The notes under the pieces are model-generated. The model was not told where the DNA came from. It did not search any database and saw only the letters and a list, made by a program, of their open reading frames with translations. From assembly GCF_001194135.2 (NCBI RefSeq), contig NC_069007.1, forward strand, positions 2,367,959-2,405,760: a stretch of DNA of 37,802 nt, in the 5' to 3' direction. This document shows positions 23,068-35,718 of the stretch, in pieces. Origin of the DNA: Octopus bimaculoides (Eukaryota). Every line of letters begins with the position of its first letter. Position 1 is the first letter of the stretch. The translations under genes and the position numbers were made by a program.

Positions 23068-24510
23068 ATTATATATGGAATTTTGGGGCATTACAACTTA
23101 TGTTGTTCTAGCAAAACATTATTAGCATAGTACATCTTATAATTTGCTATATAAGTTATGCAACATTATATAACATTATGTAATATCGTGTTTCAATAAA
23201 CCACCACTTTTTCACGCAATATAGACCTAGATTACTTTTCAGGTGATATGCTACATAAGCAGAGAAACAGTGAATTTTTATAAGACGTTTGGTTACTACA
23301 TCTCACGTACATTTCATCAATATTTATTGCATAATGTGACTTATATAATTAAGAATTATTGCCAAATCATCAGAGATATACAATTTTAATCGGTAAAGTT
23401 TTTTTGTCATATAGAAACCTTTGCAAGATCATACATATTCTATAATGCGGAGAATTTCATGTTAGATTCATATCAATTTTGGTAATTATCCACCTCAAGC
23501 ATCTTCCCACTTTATCTTAGATTTAATTGCTGCTTTCCAATATTAATGTATTTTTTCGTCAGATCTTAAACTATAAATTCAATATTATTAAGTTTTCAAA
23601 TAATCCAAATGAACAAACTATGACGCCCATCGAATTGTATATATACATATATCAATTTTTAATAACATATGTGGAAGTTTAACAGCCCTGAATATTATTG
23701 AAGAGGAGAATTACAAGAGAATATACAGTACGTTCCTACAACTTCTGCTGCCATAAATGTGCTAATTGGCGAAATGCATAATTCAATTGGATGCCTCTAC
23801 AAATGTAATGTCAAGAATAAAATCTTTTTATCTTACCGCCAAATGGTTTTCTTCCAAAAATCATTTAGATTTACAAGCAGCTATTAAATTTTAATTTCTT
23901 GTAGTCATTTCTCCATCTTTCTGTTTCAAATTTTGCAAACAAGACGATGGTGTAGAACTGCTGTAAAAGGTATGATTTTAAACTATATGGTACCGAGTTC
24001 AGCCCCGCTACTGCAGTCCAATAATTGAAATTTAAAGGTAGAAGATTATATATATATATATATATGTATAGGTTGAAAATGTATATGCAAAAATATAAAA
24101 CGTGGAAGAGTGTTGCCTTCGGTTCATATAGTTTAATATATTTTTATATTTATATATACATATTATATGGATGTCGTTAGCTCCAACCGGTTTTCGCTAT
24201 TTAAATTAGCTTTTACAAGGGACATTCTACAGTAATCAGTTCTCGTGACACAGGTGTTTCGTCATTTTGGATGTTTGAAGAAGAAGAAGAATGAGTTTAG
24301 AGAGTGAAACAAAGGAAGCAACAGGTGGCAAGGGGGACAACTGTCTCTTTCGTATTAGTTTAATATTACAAAGTATATTTATGTAATTTCGGTAAATATA
24401 TTTGTTAAAATGAGATGTCAGTGTTATAAATATTTTTCTTAATTTAGACAATATATTCACTGCGTCTTGCATATATATATATTACAGGTTTCTTTCAATT
24501 TTCATTTGTT

Positions 24511-24620
24511 AAATCCACTTCCAAGGCTTTGGTCAACCCATCATTATATAAAACTCTTGAACGAAGTCTTGACTCATAACCATGTGGTTTTGGAAGCATG
24601 TTTCATACCACACAGCAACG
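24511..24620 (-). mobile_element. SINE family A remnant
   Basis: aatccacttccaaggctttggtcaacc...aaccatgtggttttggaagc...taccacacagc. Confidence 0.6.
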
Positions 24621-24640
24621 ATCCCTCTCTCTCTCTCTAC

Positions 24641-24677
<37 letters not shown>

Positions 24678-24682
24678 GCACA

Positions 24683-24887
24683 CAAGGGGTACGGAAAAGG
24701 TCCTGGCTCTGAGTTAAAAAAAATAGAGGCGTATCAGTTAATTATGATTTTATTCAACACACTCCCGTCTCAGATTCACACACTTATCGCAGAGGTCCTT
24801 CACTTATTCTAAGCCCTGTAAAAGAACTTGGAAGTCTGTGCCTCCGACCAGGTCTTTCGCGAGACCCTTAAAGCCAGCACCCCCTCG
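24683..24887 (-). mobile_element. Mariner-derived MITE (~205 bp)
   Basis: Imperfect TIRs caaggggtacggaaaaggtcctggct / agccagcaccccctcg followed by TA; the minus strand encodes [26 protein letters not shown], a mariner transposase C-terminus. Confidence 0.75.
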
Positions 24888-24889
24888 TA

Positions 24890-24918
24890 TATCATATATA
24901 TCCATATACGCACTTACA

Positions 24919-24979
<61 letters not shown>

Positions 24980-25090
24980 ACACACACACACACATACATA
25001 CATGCATATATATATATACGTACATACATACATAAATACATACAGGCAGACAGAGAGACGGACAGACTAACAGACAGGCGAACGGACGGG
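24890..25090. repeat. (TA)/(CA)/(GACA) microsatellite
   Basis: Direct reading. Confidence 0.9.
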
Positions 25091-25429
25091 TAGATGCGAC
25101 ATCATTAGACTTGGAAGTTCCTAGCAAAGAGAGCACAATGCGAAGATTATTCAAAATCATTCTCTCTTATACAAGGTTAAAGATGTAACTTTACACTTTC
25201 CGTCGCTATATATTCTACGATAATGGCTTAGTAAATGAGAGGAACATCAACACTGTATCTCAATAACTCTCTTAATATATATGTGTGTGTGTGCGTGTAT
25301 GTACTAATGTGTGGATGTGGGAGGCGTGTGGTGTTTTGTTTTATGTGTTCGTTCGTAGATGTATGTGGCTCTATATTATGTAAATATATGTGCATATTTG
25401 AAATTTCAATGTGTATTTATGTATACATA

Positions 25430-25687
25430 CCTTCATACGTCTATCTATCTATCTATCTATATATATATATATATATACACACACACAAATATATACTTAT
25501 ATATCTATATTCATATAGATATATAATATATCTATGTATACATATATCAATATATATATTTGTATTTATTGTTATATATATATATATATTTATGAATATA
25601 TACACCTATATCCACGTACACATATATGCGTATGTAGGTTTATATATATATATGTATATATATGTATGTATATACATATACCTATGT

Positions 25688-25731
<44 letters not shown>

Positions 25732-25790
25732 TCACACAGACACACTTCATGTGTTTATATATGTGAGTGTTTTGTATGCGTAACTGTATA
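25430..25790. repeat. Compound (TATC)/(TA) microsatellite
   Basis: Direct reading; source of the 182-aa YIYI pseudo-ORF. Confidence 0.9.
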
Positions 25791-26409
25791 CTTATATTAA
25801 TGTTTTGAAAAAATGCGATAATTGATAATTTTATTTATATTTTTATTTCCGATAAAACGTCTATTAAGATTTAAATGGAAATAGTTTATTGATTTAATTA
25901 ACTATGTAGATTTCCGGAAAGTTCCATAAAGTCGTTACATCAAAGCCTCTGTAGTCAATTCACCATAATTCCAGACATTGCCGTATATTGTTTGCAGTCG
26001 TCTGCTAATCAATGAGAAACCAGTTTTATCATCTGTCTAGCGGACGTCAGGATGGAAGACTCTGATATAAAAGACAAATATTAGTCTGACAAAAAAAAAA
26101 TCCACCAGCAAGAGAAGAAACTTGATCCATTCTATTCTTTTAATTCGACTTTGATGTCAGATAATTTAGTATTCATCAAGGTTTATCTTATTTTTAATGA
26201 TGGAAATGGCTGCTTAGAGATATTTCACTCCTCCCACTTTTAGATGTCTTGTTCGTCTTTTAGTTCCTGAAGCAAATATGTGATTATAATTTCCTAGAAG
26301 ATTCCAAAAATGGCAAACAGAAGGCCATTGACTTGTATAACTTTACTAACGGCTGAGGGAATTGATACATCCAAGTCCTTATTCTTTAAATAATTGCATT
26401 CAATATATC

Positions 26410-26860
26410 AACCCTTTGGGCGGGGGTTAAAATAAGTACCAGTTGAACACTGGGGTCGATCTGATCGACTGAGCCCTCCTCCGAAAGCGCTGGCCTTGTA
26501 CCAAAATGTAAAACCAACATAAGGCGGTGATCTGGCGGAAACGTTAGCACGCCGGGCGAAATGCTTAGCGGTTTTTCGTCTGCCGTTACGTTCTAAGTTC
26601 AAATTCCGCTGAGGTCGACTTTGCTTTCATCCTTTCGGGTTCGATAAATTAAGTACCAGTTACGCACTGGGTCGATGTAATCGATTTAATCACTTTGTCT
26701 GCACTTGTGAGCAATAAAGAAATAAGAAACGTTAGCACGCCGGGAAAATACATAACGGTATTTCGTTTGTCTTTACGTTCTGAGTTCAAATTCCGCCGAG
26801 GTCGACTATGCCTTTCGTCGTTTCGAGATCGACAAATTAAGTCGACAAACTAAGTATTGT
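26410..26860 (+). mobile_element. Tandem SINE family B units (3' part, full unit, repeated head)
   Basis: Head ggcggtgatctggcggaaacgttagcacgccggg (A-box-like), gttcaaattccg (B-box-like), tail gcaataaagaaataagaaac running directly into a second gttagcacgccggg head. Confidence 0.9.
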
Positions 26861-28124
26861 ATATTTTTCATCATTTATTACGCAGCCACCAATAAGATTT
26901 ATTCGCAATAAAAATACAAATCATTCTTCCTTCCTTAAATAATTCCTCCTAACTTTGTTTCTCGTTCTTGAAATTTCCACGTGTCCAGCTAATATAAAAT
27001 ACATCTATTTAAGGTGACCCAATGCAATCTTCAATATTTTTAGTCAAGATCTAAAATAAAACTCTGTCTTGCTTAACTTTGCTTTCCATTATTCACATAG
27101 TGTTCTAATGAACTGGCGTTCCAATAAATAGGCGTTTCATAAGAAGTGACGGCCAATAATTCAGTGTTTCGGGCGTTCCACTCTCGAACGCATTATTGTA
27201 GATTCGCTCTCGGACCGGGAGAAACGTTTATGTTTAGGAGTGAAATTCTTTATTTCGCTATGCTCTGATTTACTGGAAATATCCATGGGTCGTTGATGAT
27301 AAATAACAGGAGTATTTAATCGACTAACGCCCTGTCCTTCGATATATGTGGTCTTGTCGGTATGAGAATCAATACGTCTATAATAGTATATTGTTTTATA
27401 TTTTAGCTACTTGTGACTGAGGATAGAGCTGGCCTATGATCAATATTTCTTTTGTAATCGTCTCACTGTTTTCCTCAGTTTAGGGTTCCTGGCACCATAT
27501 GCTCCTCCGTAAGCGGTATGGTTGATTTGGGGGATACTTGACAGCTATTTCTAGCACATCGATCGACTACACAGATGCACCTCAGCGCATGAAATTTGAG
27601 GTAAATAAATGTTATATATTTCCTTTACATTACATCCTCTCATGACATGGGTGTCGAGAGTCAAAACGTGTGACACGAGTTTGATCTTAGTTCGATCCTT
27701 TCTGTGCCTTTTCTCAACTGCACGTGCAATTTTCAGACTTTTATTTATATCAATTACATAAGACTGAGACAAACAGAAGACCTGAAAACGGTCAACCAAA
27801 CTAAGGAAAATAGTGCTTAAACATCCTCAAATCTAAACCAAGCATCAATTTATATTTTATCTTAAAATATTTTTTAGCAAAAGATCAAAGGACGTGTTGG
27901 TGTGTGTCAGGAGAAACGTAATATTCAATGGTCTTCGCTAGAAAACCATTGATCATCTGTTTGATTAAAGTTGATGTTAGGCTAAGCAAGAAAAAACAGT
28001 GACAGAATATAAACATGGCACATCAAAAATTCCTAACTCTTCTACAAAATATTAGACATCAAGAAGAAGTCGATATATTGTATAGATGGCTGTGCATTAT
28101 ATATATAAGCTTCATAAGCACGAA

Positions 28125-28290
28125 CATCGATGCGTGGGTGAGGGAATTCACTTTGCAGCTAGTTGGTTCCGGGTTCAGTCCTACTGCATGGCACATTCGA
28201 TAGGTGTCTTCTACTATTATACCGAGTCGAACAATTCCATGCAAGTGAATGTTGTAGATTCAAAATGTCATGAAAAGCGTCGTGAAGAGG
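28125..28290 (+). mobile_element. SINE family A, diverged 5' half
   Basis: tggttccgggttcagtcctactgcatggcac...gtgtcttctactattataccgagtcga. Confidence 0.7.
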
Positions 28291-28309
28291 ACTAATGTTA
28301 TTTGTAGAA

Positions 28310-28690
28310 ATATTGGTTTTAAAATTCGGCAGAATGCCAGCATTGTTCAGGGAACGGGTAAGTCGATTTTATCGACACCAGTGTTCAACTGATAGTTATT
28401 TTATCGAGGCTGAAAGGAAGAAAGTTGGACGCTAAGCACTTTCCCGCGATGTGTTAACGTTTCTGTCATCTCACCATCTTACCTTTCTGCTATAAGCATA
28501 AGGCCTAAAATTTGGTGGAGGAGAATAATCGATTATATCGACCCAGTACTCAACTGGTATCTATTTTATCGACACCGAAAGGATGAAATGCAAAATCGGC
28601 CTCAGCGGAATTCGAAATTAGAACGTAATGACTGACCTAATACCATTAAGCATTTCCTCCGGCGTGCTAACGTCGCTGCCAACTCGCCGC
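28310..28690 (-). mobile_element. Two SINE family B copies
   Basis: ttatcgacaccagtgttcaactg...; ttatcgacaccgaaaggatgaaatgcaaaatcggcctcagcggaattcgaa...ccggcgtgctaacgtcgctgccaactcgccgcc. Confidence 0.8.
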
Positions 28691-28719
28691 CTTTATGTTT
28701 GGTATCTAGAATATTCAAT

Positions 28720-28840
28720 GAGATATTTTGCATGCTTAAGAACACTAAACCGATAACGTTAATTTTACGAGCAGGTTCTTCTGTTGATCGAATCAACTGG
28801 AAGCCTCATCTTCGTAAACGACGGAGTGCCAGCTAATAAT
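28720..28840 (+). mobile_element. SINE family D 3' fragment
   Basis: cgttaattttacgagcaggttcttctgttgatcgaatcaactggaagcctc...gacggagtgcca is the reverse complement of the element at 32302-32502. Confidence 0.75.
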
Positions 28841-28859
28841 GTGTGTGCGTAATGATTCT

Positions 28860-28922
28860 ATCATTCTATTATTCCATTATCTGTTTCAGTCATTTGACTG
28901 CGGCCATGCTGGAGCACCGCCA
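28860..28922 (-). mobile_element. SINE family A tail
   Basis: tgtttcagtcatttgactgcggccatgctggagcaccgcc. Confidence 0.75.
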
Positions 28923-29117
28923 GAAAAAAACAACTGCACGTTAATGCTATATTGCCTGAAGAAATGAACGCATGAATATGATCTACTCGATGTGCATAGT
29001 TGATACGGACTGTGCTGTAATCATTTCAGAATTAGACTATGATCTTAAGAAATACGTGGTTTGTAGAAACGCGCGTTGCGATGCATTAAGTATTTATGAA
29101 TTCCATCCGTGGATTAA

Positions 29118-29420
29118 TATTATTATTATTATTCAGTGGTCTTATTTTTATCACGTGCTTTTCACTTCACTACCGAGCGCAGCTCTGTGTGCCTTGGGTA
29201 TGTGCTGTGGATTGTTGTGGTGCTCTCATTTTCATTGTATTGAAAGTGTTTTGCGTAAGATATGTGCAGTGCCTAGGAGAGCTATTTCCTGTATGTTATA
29301 TATACTTGTTAGTCTTGGTTTGTTTTTGTTATGTATTTGTCTAACTGTTTTTTGTCATACCTAATGTGCCTACTATAAAATATTGCTTCAGTTTTTAGAC
29401 GCCACAATCGAGTTACCTCT
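29118..29420 (-). mobile_element. 5'-truncated non-LTR retrotransposon 3' end (RLE type, R4/Dong-like)
   Basis: Frameshifted peptide RLWRLKTEAI/FIVGTLGMTK/QLDKYITKT/PRLTSIYNIQEIALLGTAHILRKTLSIQ* (stop at 29232-29234), ~100-nt 3'UTR and a (TAA)n tail. Confidence 0.8.
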
Positions 29421-29840
29421 ATTTCCAGATCTTTCTATTTTGAAAGTTTCTCCGTTTCTTTTAGAGAAGTAATCCCATCGATTTTGATAGGAGTTTGTCG
29501 CTTACTAGCGATTTTCAACTCATATATTCAAGTTTGATATTCACTGTTTAAACAGGGAGTGTTTAACTACAAACATACATACAAATACGAACACACACAT
29601 ACACACACGCACATATATACATATACCCATATATAAACACATGTATATCCACACAGACATATACACGCATACACACGAACCCGCACACGAAAAAAAACAT
29701 AGGACCGTACACATAAATACATGTAGAGAATCAATAAACACACTTATACATATATTCACTCATTTATATTCAGTTATATATACTTAAACATAAACATGTA
29801 TTTATATTTAAAATGAAGAAGGAAGGTTGATAAAGTAGAT

Positions 29841-30025
29841 CAGTGCCCCGTAACCATTATGCCGCGGCACACTGGTGTGCCACGAGACGATGCTAGGTGT
29901 GCCACAGTTAACCTGAATATGATTTATTTCCCTATACTTTTTGTTATATATTTCTTTCAGGTGTGCCGCCGAATATTGAGAAGAGAATAAGCGCAACGCA
30001 AGAGAAAAATGGTTGGGTGGCACTG
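29841..30025. mobile_element. hAT (Charlie-like) MITE, 185 bp
   Basis: 18-bp imperfect TIRs CAGTGCCCCGTAACCATT / AATGGTTGGGTGGCACTG; 8-bp flanks aagtagat / atttagaa (5/8 identical, TAGA core); repeated gtgtgcc subterminal motifs. Confidence 0.8.
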
Positions 30026-30179
30026 ATTTAGAAGAGAAATAAAGAAATAGAAATGTTGGTGTTGCATTTTGGTATGAAATAGTTCTCTGAAGACCTGTTA
30101 AGGACCAACTTACCTGACAGCAAGTCTGCTTACCAATATGGTCAAAATACTTGAACATGTATTTAGTTTTCAGAAATAG

Positions 30180-30377
30180 TGTATATACACATATATACAC
30201 AAATATACACGCACGCACACCAACATACACACACACGCACAAACACACACACGCACAAACACTACGTGCGCACACGATCTTACACCCACACAATACATAC
30301 ATACATATATACATATGTACAAGCAGACATATTTATACCCACACATAGATACACACATATATAGGTATGTACATATG

Positions 30378-30418
<41 letters not shown>

Positions 30419-30433
30419 GTGTGNNNNNNNNNN

Positions 30434-30479
<46 letters not shown>

Positions 30480-30515
30480 TAAATGATGTATGTATGTGTC
30501 TATATATGTATGCAT
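30180..30515. repeat. (CA)/(TA)/(TG) microsatellite block
   Basis: Direct reading. Confidence 0.9.
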
Positions 30516-30889
30516 CTCTGGTAGTCTTTCTCAGAGATAAAGGGAAATATTAGAAATTTTGTTCAAGTGGTGTAATATCATTTAATAAATAGAAATCAAT
30601 AAAAAATAAATAAATAATTGAAACAGAAAATTATATAAATAAATGAATAGAATATAAAAATAACTCATAAATTATTCAAAAACCGAAGCGATCAGCTTGT
30701 TGGCGATGGGGATTTATCGAGAAGAAAATGGAAAAAGAGAAAAGAAGAACAATTTTTAGTAAATATATTTTTGACAGTAGAATATAACAGTTGCGGAGAA
30801 ATATACGAAGTAATTGTGTACAGAATATGAATATAGGAATACACACATACATACGTATAATATACTGATAGATAGATAGATAAACAGAT

Positions 30890-30920
<31 letters not shown>

Positions 30921-31074
30921 TACAGTTTATTTTAAAGTCATATAAATTTATATTAATACATGTATTTAAATATGTATATATATATTTATATATATATATT
31001 TAAACATTTATTTACATCTACATAGACAAATCTATGTATATATAAATTCATATATACCTACATATAAACTAATG

Positions 31075-31076
31075 TC

Positions 31077-31148
<72 letters not shown>

Positions 31149-31320
31149 GCGAGAGAGAGAGAGAGAGAGAGAGGGAGAAATAGATTGCATATACATATAT
31201 GTATATACATACACGTGCACACACACACATTTATAGAAAGAGAGTGAGACAATGGAAGAGGGGGAGAGAGAAACAGACAGAGAGAACCAGAGAGGCAAAG
31301 ACAGAGAGGCAGAGAGCCAG
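31075..31320. repeat. (TA)/(GA) microsatellite block
   Basis: Direct reading. Confidence 0.9.
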
Positions 31321-31563
31321 ACATTGGGCATGTGAGTATGGTGAAACGAGGATAGTACATTTCTCTGTTGGCTGTAGTGCACAGTTTAACAGTGAAAGAG
31401 ATGTGTGTCCTACAAAAAGTTTGTAAACTATCTGACATTAATGTGACACAGATCATTTCTGTTGGCAGATTTCATGTCAGCAGACAGAATCATTCTTTCA
31501 AATGTAATAACACTGTAATGTAATTTACTCTCCTTAATAAAAAAAAAAACATGTCAAAAGAGA

Positions 31564-31568
<5 letters not shown>

Positions 31569-31649
<81 letters not shown>

Positions 31650-31692
31650 NNNNNNNNNNNNNNNNNNNNNNNNNNNNNNNNNNNNNNNNNNN

Positions 31693-31739
<47 letters not shown>

Positions 31740-31770
31740 TCAGATATATATATATATGCGTGTGTGTGTG
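31569..31770. repeat. (TC)n(TA)n microsatellite spanning a gap
   Basis: Direct reading. Confidence 0.9.
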
Positions 31771-32257
31771 TCAGATAGGTTCAGCTAGAATGTAGGTGAA
31801 ACTGGGGTGTGTTGGTGAAAGGTAAAACTAAATATATATAACAGCATAGCGCCAAATTTTGCCTGGGTTCACGGAAAGCTGGGTAGAGTGGTATGAGTTT
31901 GAAATCGAAAAAAAAAATGTTTTCAGGAAAACGAAATCTATATTATGGCAATAAGGTACTCTTTAAAGTTATATTCAATGCAGGTAAGTTATATTCTATT
32001 ACTTGTTTCAGTCAGCGTATCTGACCGCATAGGAGGGAAAGAAACCAACACAGGGTAGGATAAATGAGCCAGCATCAAAGAGAAGTCTGTTTTCAAAATA
32101 AGAGATACAGAGATCAACAGAATCAGAACACATGAGTCAAGAGCAAAAGAAAGCTGTACTTAGAAAATATGAGAAACAGAGCTGGATCTCTCTGGACATA
32201 CCAGAAAACCACAAGATTGCATCAGCCAGCCTTACCACCACTCCTAAGCCCGTCATT

Positions 32258-32300
<43 letters not shown>

Positions 32301-32301
32301 T

Positions 32302-32502
32302 TGTTGTTGTTGTTGTTGGCACTGCGTCGCTTACGACGTCGAGGGTTCCAGTTGATCCGATCAACGGAACAGCCTGCTCGTGAAATTAACGTGCAAGTGG
32401 CTGAGCATTCCACAGACACGTGTACCCTTAACGTAGTTATCGGAGATATTCAGCGTGACACAGTGTGTGAGAAGGCTGACCCTTTGAATTACAGGCACAA
32501 CA
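32302..32502 (-). mobile_element. SINE family D 3' part with (AAC)n tail, cut by a gap
   Basis: (gtt)n then ggcactgcgtcgcttacgacgtcgagggttccagttgatccgatcaacggaacagcctgctcgtgaaattaacgtgc...; second copy at 28720-28840. Confidence 0.8.
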
Positions 32503-34359
32503 NNNNNNNNNNNNNNNNNNNNNNNNNNNNNNNNNNNNNNNNNNNNNNNNNNNNNNNNNNNNNNNNNNNNNNNNNNNNNNNNNNNNNNNNNNNNNNNNNN
32601 NNNNNNNNNNNNNNNNNNNNNNNNNNNNNNNNNNNNNNNNNNNNNNNNNNNNNNNNNNNNNNNNNNNNNNNNNNNNNNNNNNNNNNNNNNNNNNNNNNNN
32701 NNNNNNNNNNNNNNNNNNNNNNNNNNNNNNNNNNNNNNNNNNNNNNNNNNNNNNNNNNNNNNNNNNNNNNNNNNNNNNNNNNNNNNNNNNNNNNNNNNNN
32801 NNNNNNNNNNNNNNNNNNNNNNNNNNNNNNNNNNNNNNNNNNNNNNNNNNNNNNNNNNNNNNNNNNNNNNNNNATATCCATCTCCATTGTCATGGATCTG
32901 CACCAAAAAAAAACAAAAAGAATGTACTCTTCTAAACAAAGCCCCCGTGATTATGGTTAATTAACATAATAGGGTAAAAAATTTGACATTAATTAATATC
33001 AATTTAATACCAGGAAACCAGTTTCTCAAAGTTGGTAAATTCAATACAGAAATTATTTTCTGCAGAGATATTTCTGGATTTAGCGAGCCAAAACTAAGAC
33101 TTTTGAATTTTACTCTTTATAATTAATAGAATCCCGTGCACATGTTTTCATTCGTTGGAGACAACTAGCCCTAGGTTCTGTTGGATCATAATCGTTCTGG
33201 CAGTCTGTACTGAGGAAAAACAGATACTTTCGTTAAGAAAGTGTTGATTTAGAAACCATGGTCCACAGATAACCTAGGTATTTATAATTTTCACTAGTCT
33301 CGCCCGCCTGTCTTTGCTCCGCTGAATTTTCTTTGAGAATTTTTAAGTGATTTTCTTCTAGCACATTAGCAGTCCACTTAGTGGTCTCTTTTATATATAT
33401 ATATATTACACGATGGGCTTTCTTCGATTTCTCAGTTTCTGTCAACCAAATCTATTCACATGCCATTATTTTGCCCCCCGCCACACACAGACACATTATT
33501 TCACCGATTTGGGTTTGTGTACGTCCCCATGAATTATAGATACAGTAACAAACTTTCAAGAAATAAGTATGCGGATCGCTTTGTTCAACTACACACACTT
33601 CAAGGTTGCGCTCCAGAATGGCCCCATTCAAATGAATGAAACCCAAAGAAAGTAGAACAGTCAACCAATGTAATAAATACATTTTTGTAAAAAAATAAAA
33701 ATAAAAGCTGTAAATTCATGATACCAACTGTCACACTGGACACAGCACTTAGCCATTTTCTTGACGATTGATAATGCATTTACAACAAGATGGCATCAGA
33801 ATTTATATTGTACACAAAATCAAATTGAATTAAACAAAACATTATTTCACAGCGCTACAATTTACTGGAGTTTCTACCCGTTCCATTGCATAAAATACGT
33901 TATTTTCATTCCAATATATTTTCTGATTTTTGCGTTTGAGAATTTAACGTTATTTATTTCTATTACATCTAGAATATTTTCCCCCTTATATAATTTCCTT
34001 AAGTATCACACAAATGTGTGTTTATGTATGTTTGCATCTATGTATAAAAGTTCCATGTGAAAAGACAGACATTTTTACGAGATCAGAGACTTTGCCTTCT
34101 GCCACCCTATTGCGTTCTACACACAAAAGACACGTCAGGTTTTCCATACTAAATTATAAAGATGAGACTGTTGTGTAACATAATAGGAAAGATGCTAGAC
34201 GCATTTATGAGGATATTTATGTCATTATTATGAATTGAACACAGAGAACTTAGGAGGATATAAGAAAAATTCTAAATAGAAAAAAGCCCAAAAAATTGAG
34301 CACAATTTTGATAATCAAATGTAATTTATGTGTATATGTATGCTTCCACAGAAGTATGA

Positions 34360-34437
34360 GTGAATGTGTGAGTGTGTGTGTGAGTATGTATATATATATA
34401 AACATAAACATATACACAGACACATATATATATATAT

Positions 34438-34484
<47 letters not shown>

Positions 34485-34650
34485 CGCAAGCACAGAGATA
34501 TACACACTCGCATATTAATGTGTATGTATATATATATATATAGAGAGAGAGAGATAGATAGATAGACAGGCACATACATAGACAAAGATAGACAGCTACA
34601 AAGACGGATAGACAGCCAGATAGGCGGGTAGGTAGGGAGGGAGGTAATTG
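34360..34650. repeat. Compound (TG)/(TA)/(GA)/(GATA) microsatellite
   Basis: Direct reading. Confidence 0.9.
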
Positions 34651-34934
34651 GATGAAATAATAAAGTAAAGAAATTTCACTTACATTATTATTAGATTAGT
34701 GATGCTTATTACACACTGAATTGTATGATTCACGTTAGGTATATTCACAATATCAAAGAGCAGAAACATTGCCTATTGGGACGTGTGGGCGGGCGTGGCG
34801 TATGTGTGGATCTGTCTTTCTGTCTCTGTGTGCGCATGCAAATATATATATATATATATAAAATATATACATACAATATTAGATATGTACATATATACAC
34901 AAGGGTACTACATGAGTACTTATATCGCTAAAAA

Positions 34935-35000
34935 ATCGAACGCGCCACCGGGAATCGAAATCGCGACTTCACAGTGCTGAATCGAATACTGAAACCACTA
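34935..35000 (-). mobile_element. tRNA-like SINE head remnant
   Basis: ccgggaatcgaaatcgcgac is a reverse-complement B box; a similar remnant lies at ~35455-35500. Confidence 0.4.
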
Positions 35001-35682
35001 AATATAGAAATATATGTGCGTGTGCGTGTGCGCAATTAAGAAAGACACTTCTACATAGTTATCAAAAATGAATTGCTCCTGAAATTCATGATGTGTTTCA
35101 TGCTGAATCTTCTGTGGATTACGTTGAGGGTCTGCTTGTTTTTGGAGGGCTGAACCACCTGCACATAAATTTTCTCTATTATATAGCAACAAGGTATGTA
35201 AATATTAGCAAAAACGTATGCTTTCCATCGAAGATCTTAAATTTATTGGTCTCTAAATTACAGATATTTTACTTCTCATTCTAATCATTAAAATCTGAAA
35301 AGCCAGTGCTTGACCCGTTGTAAACCTGAAACTAACACTACTGTTCATTTATTAAAATGGAAAGTGTAAAAATAATTTCAGAATTAATTGAAACGAATGC
35401 TGTCTTCAGTTTCATGTCCTCGACAATGATATGGCAAATATAAATAAAAAAATTCCTACGTGAGCAAGAATCGAACTCGAAATACTACAGCTGAATTATA
35501 ATCATAGACACTTCAGCACATGTATTTTCAAAGATTTTTAATGTTGGAAAGAGACTACGAAAACACACACACACACACACACACACAAACATACTCACAG
35601 ACATATACTTATGCAAACCAAAGACAAACGCACACATGCACTCACTCGGAAACACCTATCTACATATGTTTAATAAATATTA

Positions 35683-35718
<36 letters not shown>

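Noticed and set aside
27555-27600. Apparent 46-nt exon (TSIDYTDAPQRMKFE)
   Set aside because: The acceptor is the gctatttctag motif of a dispersed repeat.
33233-33400. YKYLG motif suggesting a LINE reverse-transcriptase remnant
   Set aside because: A single short motif with no convincing flanking similarity.
34998-35193. Exon candidates on either strand near 35040-35193
   Set aside because: The plus strand has a good donor but no usable acceptor before a stop; the minus strand has an acceptor but no credible donor.
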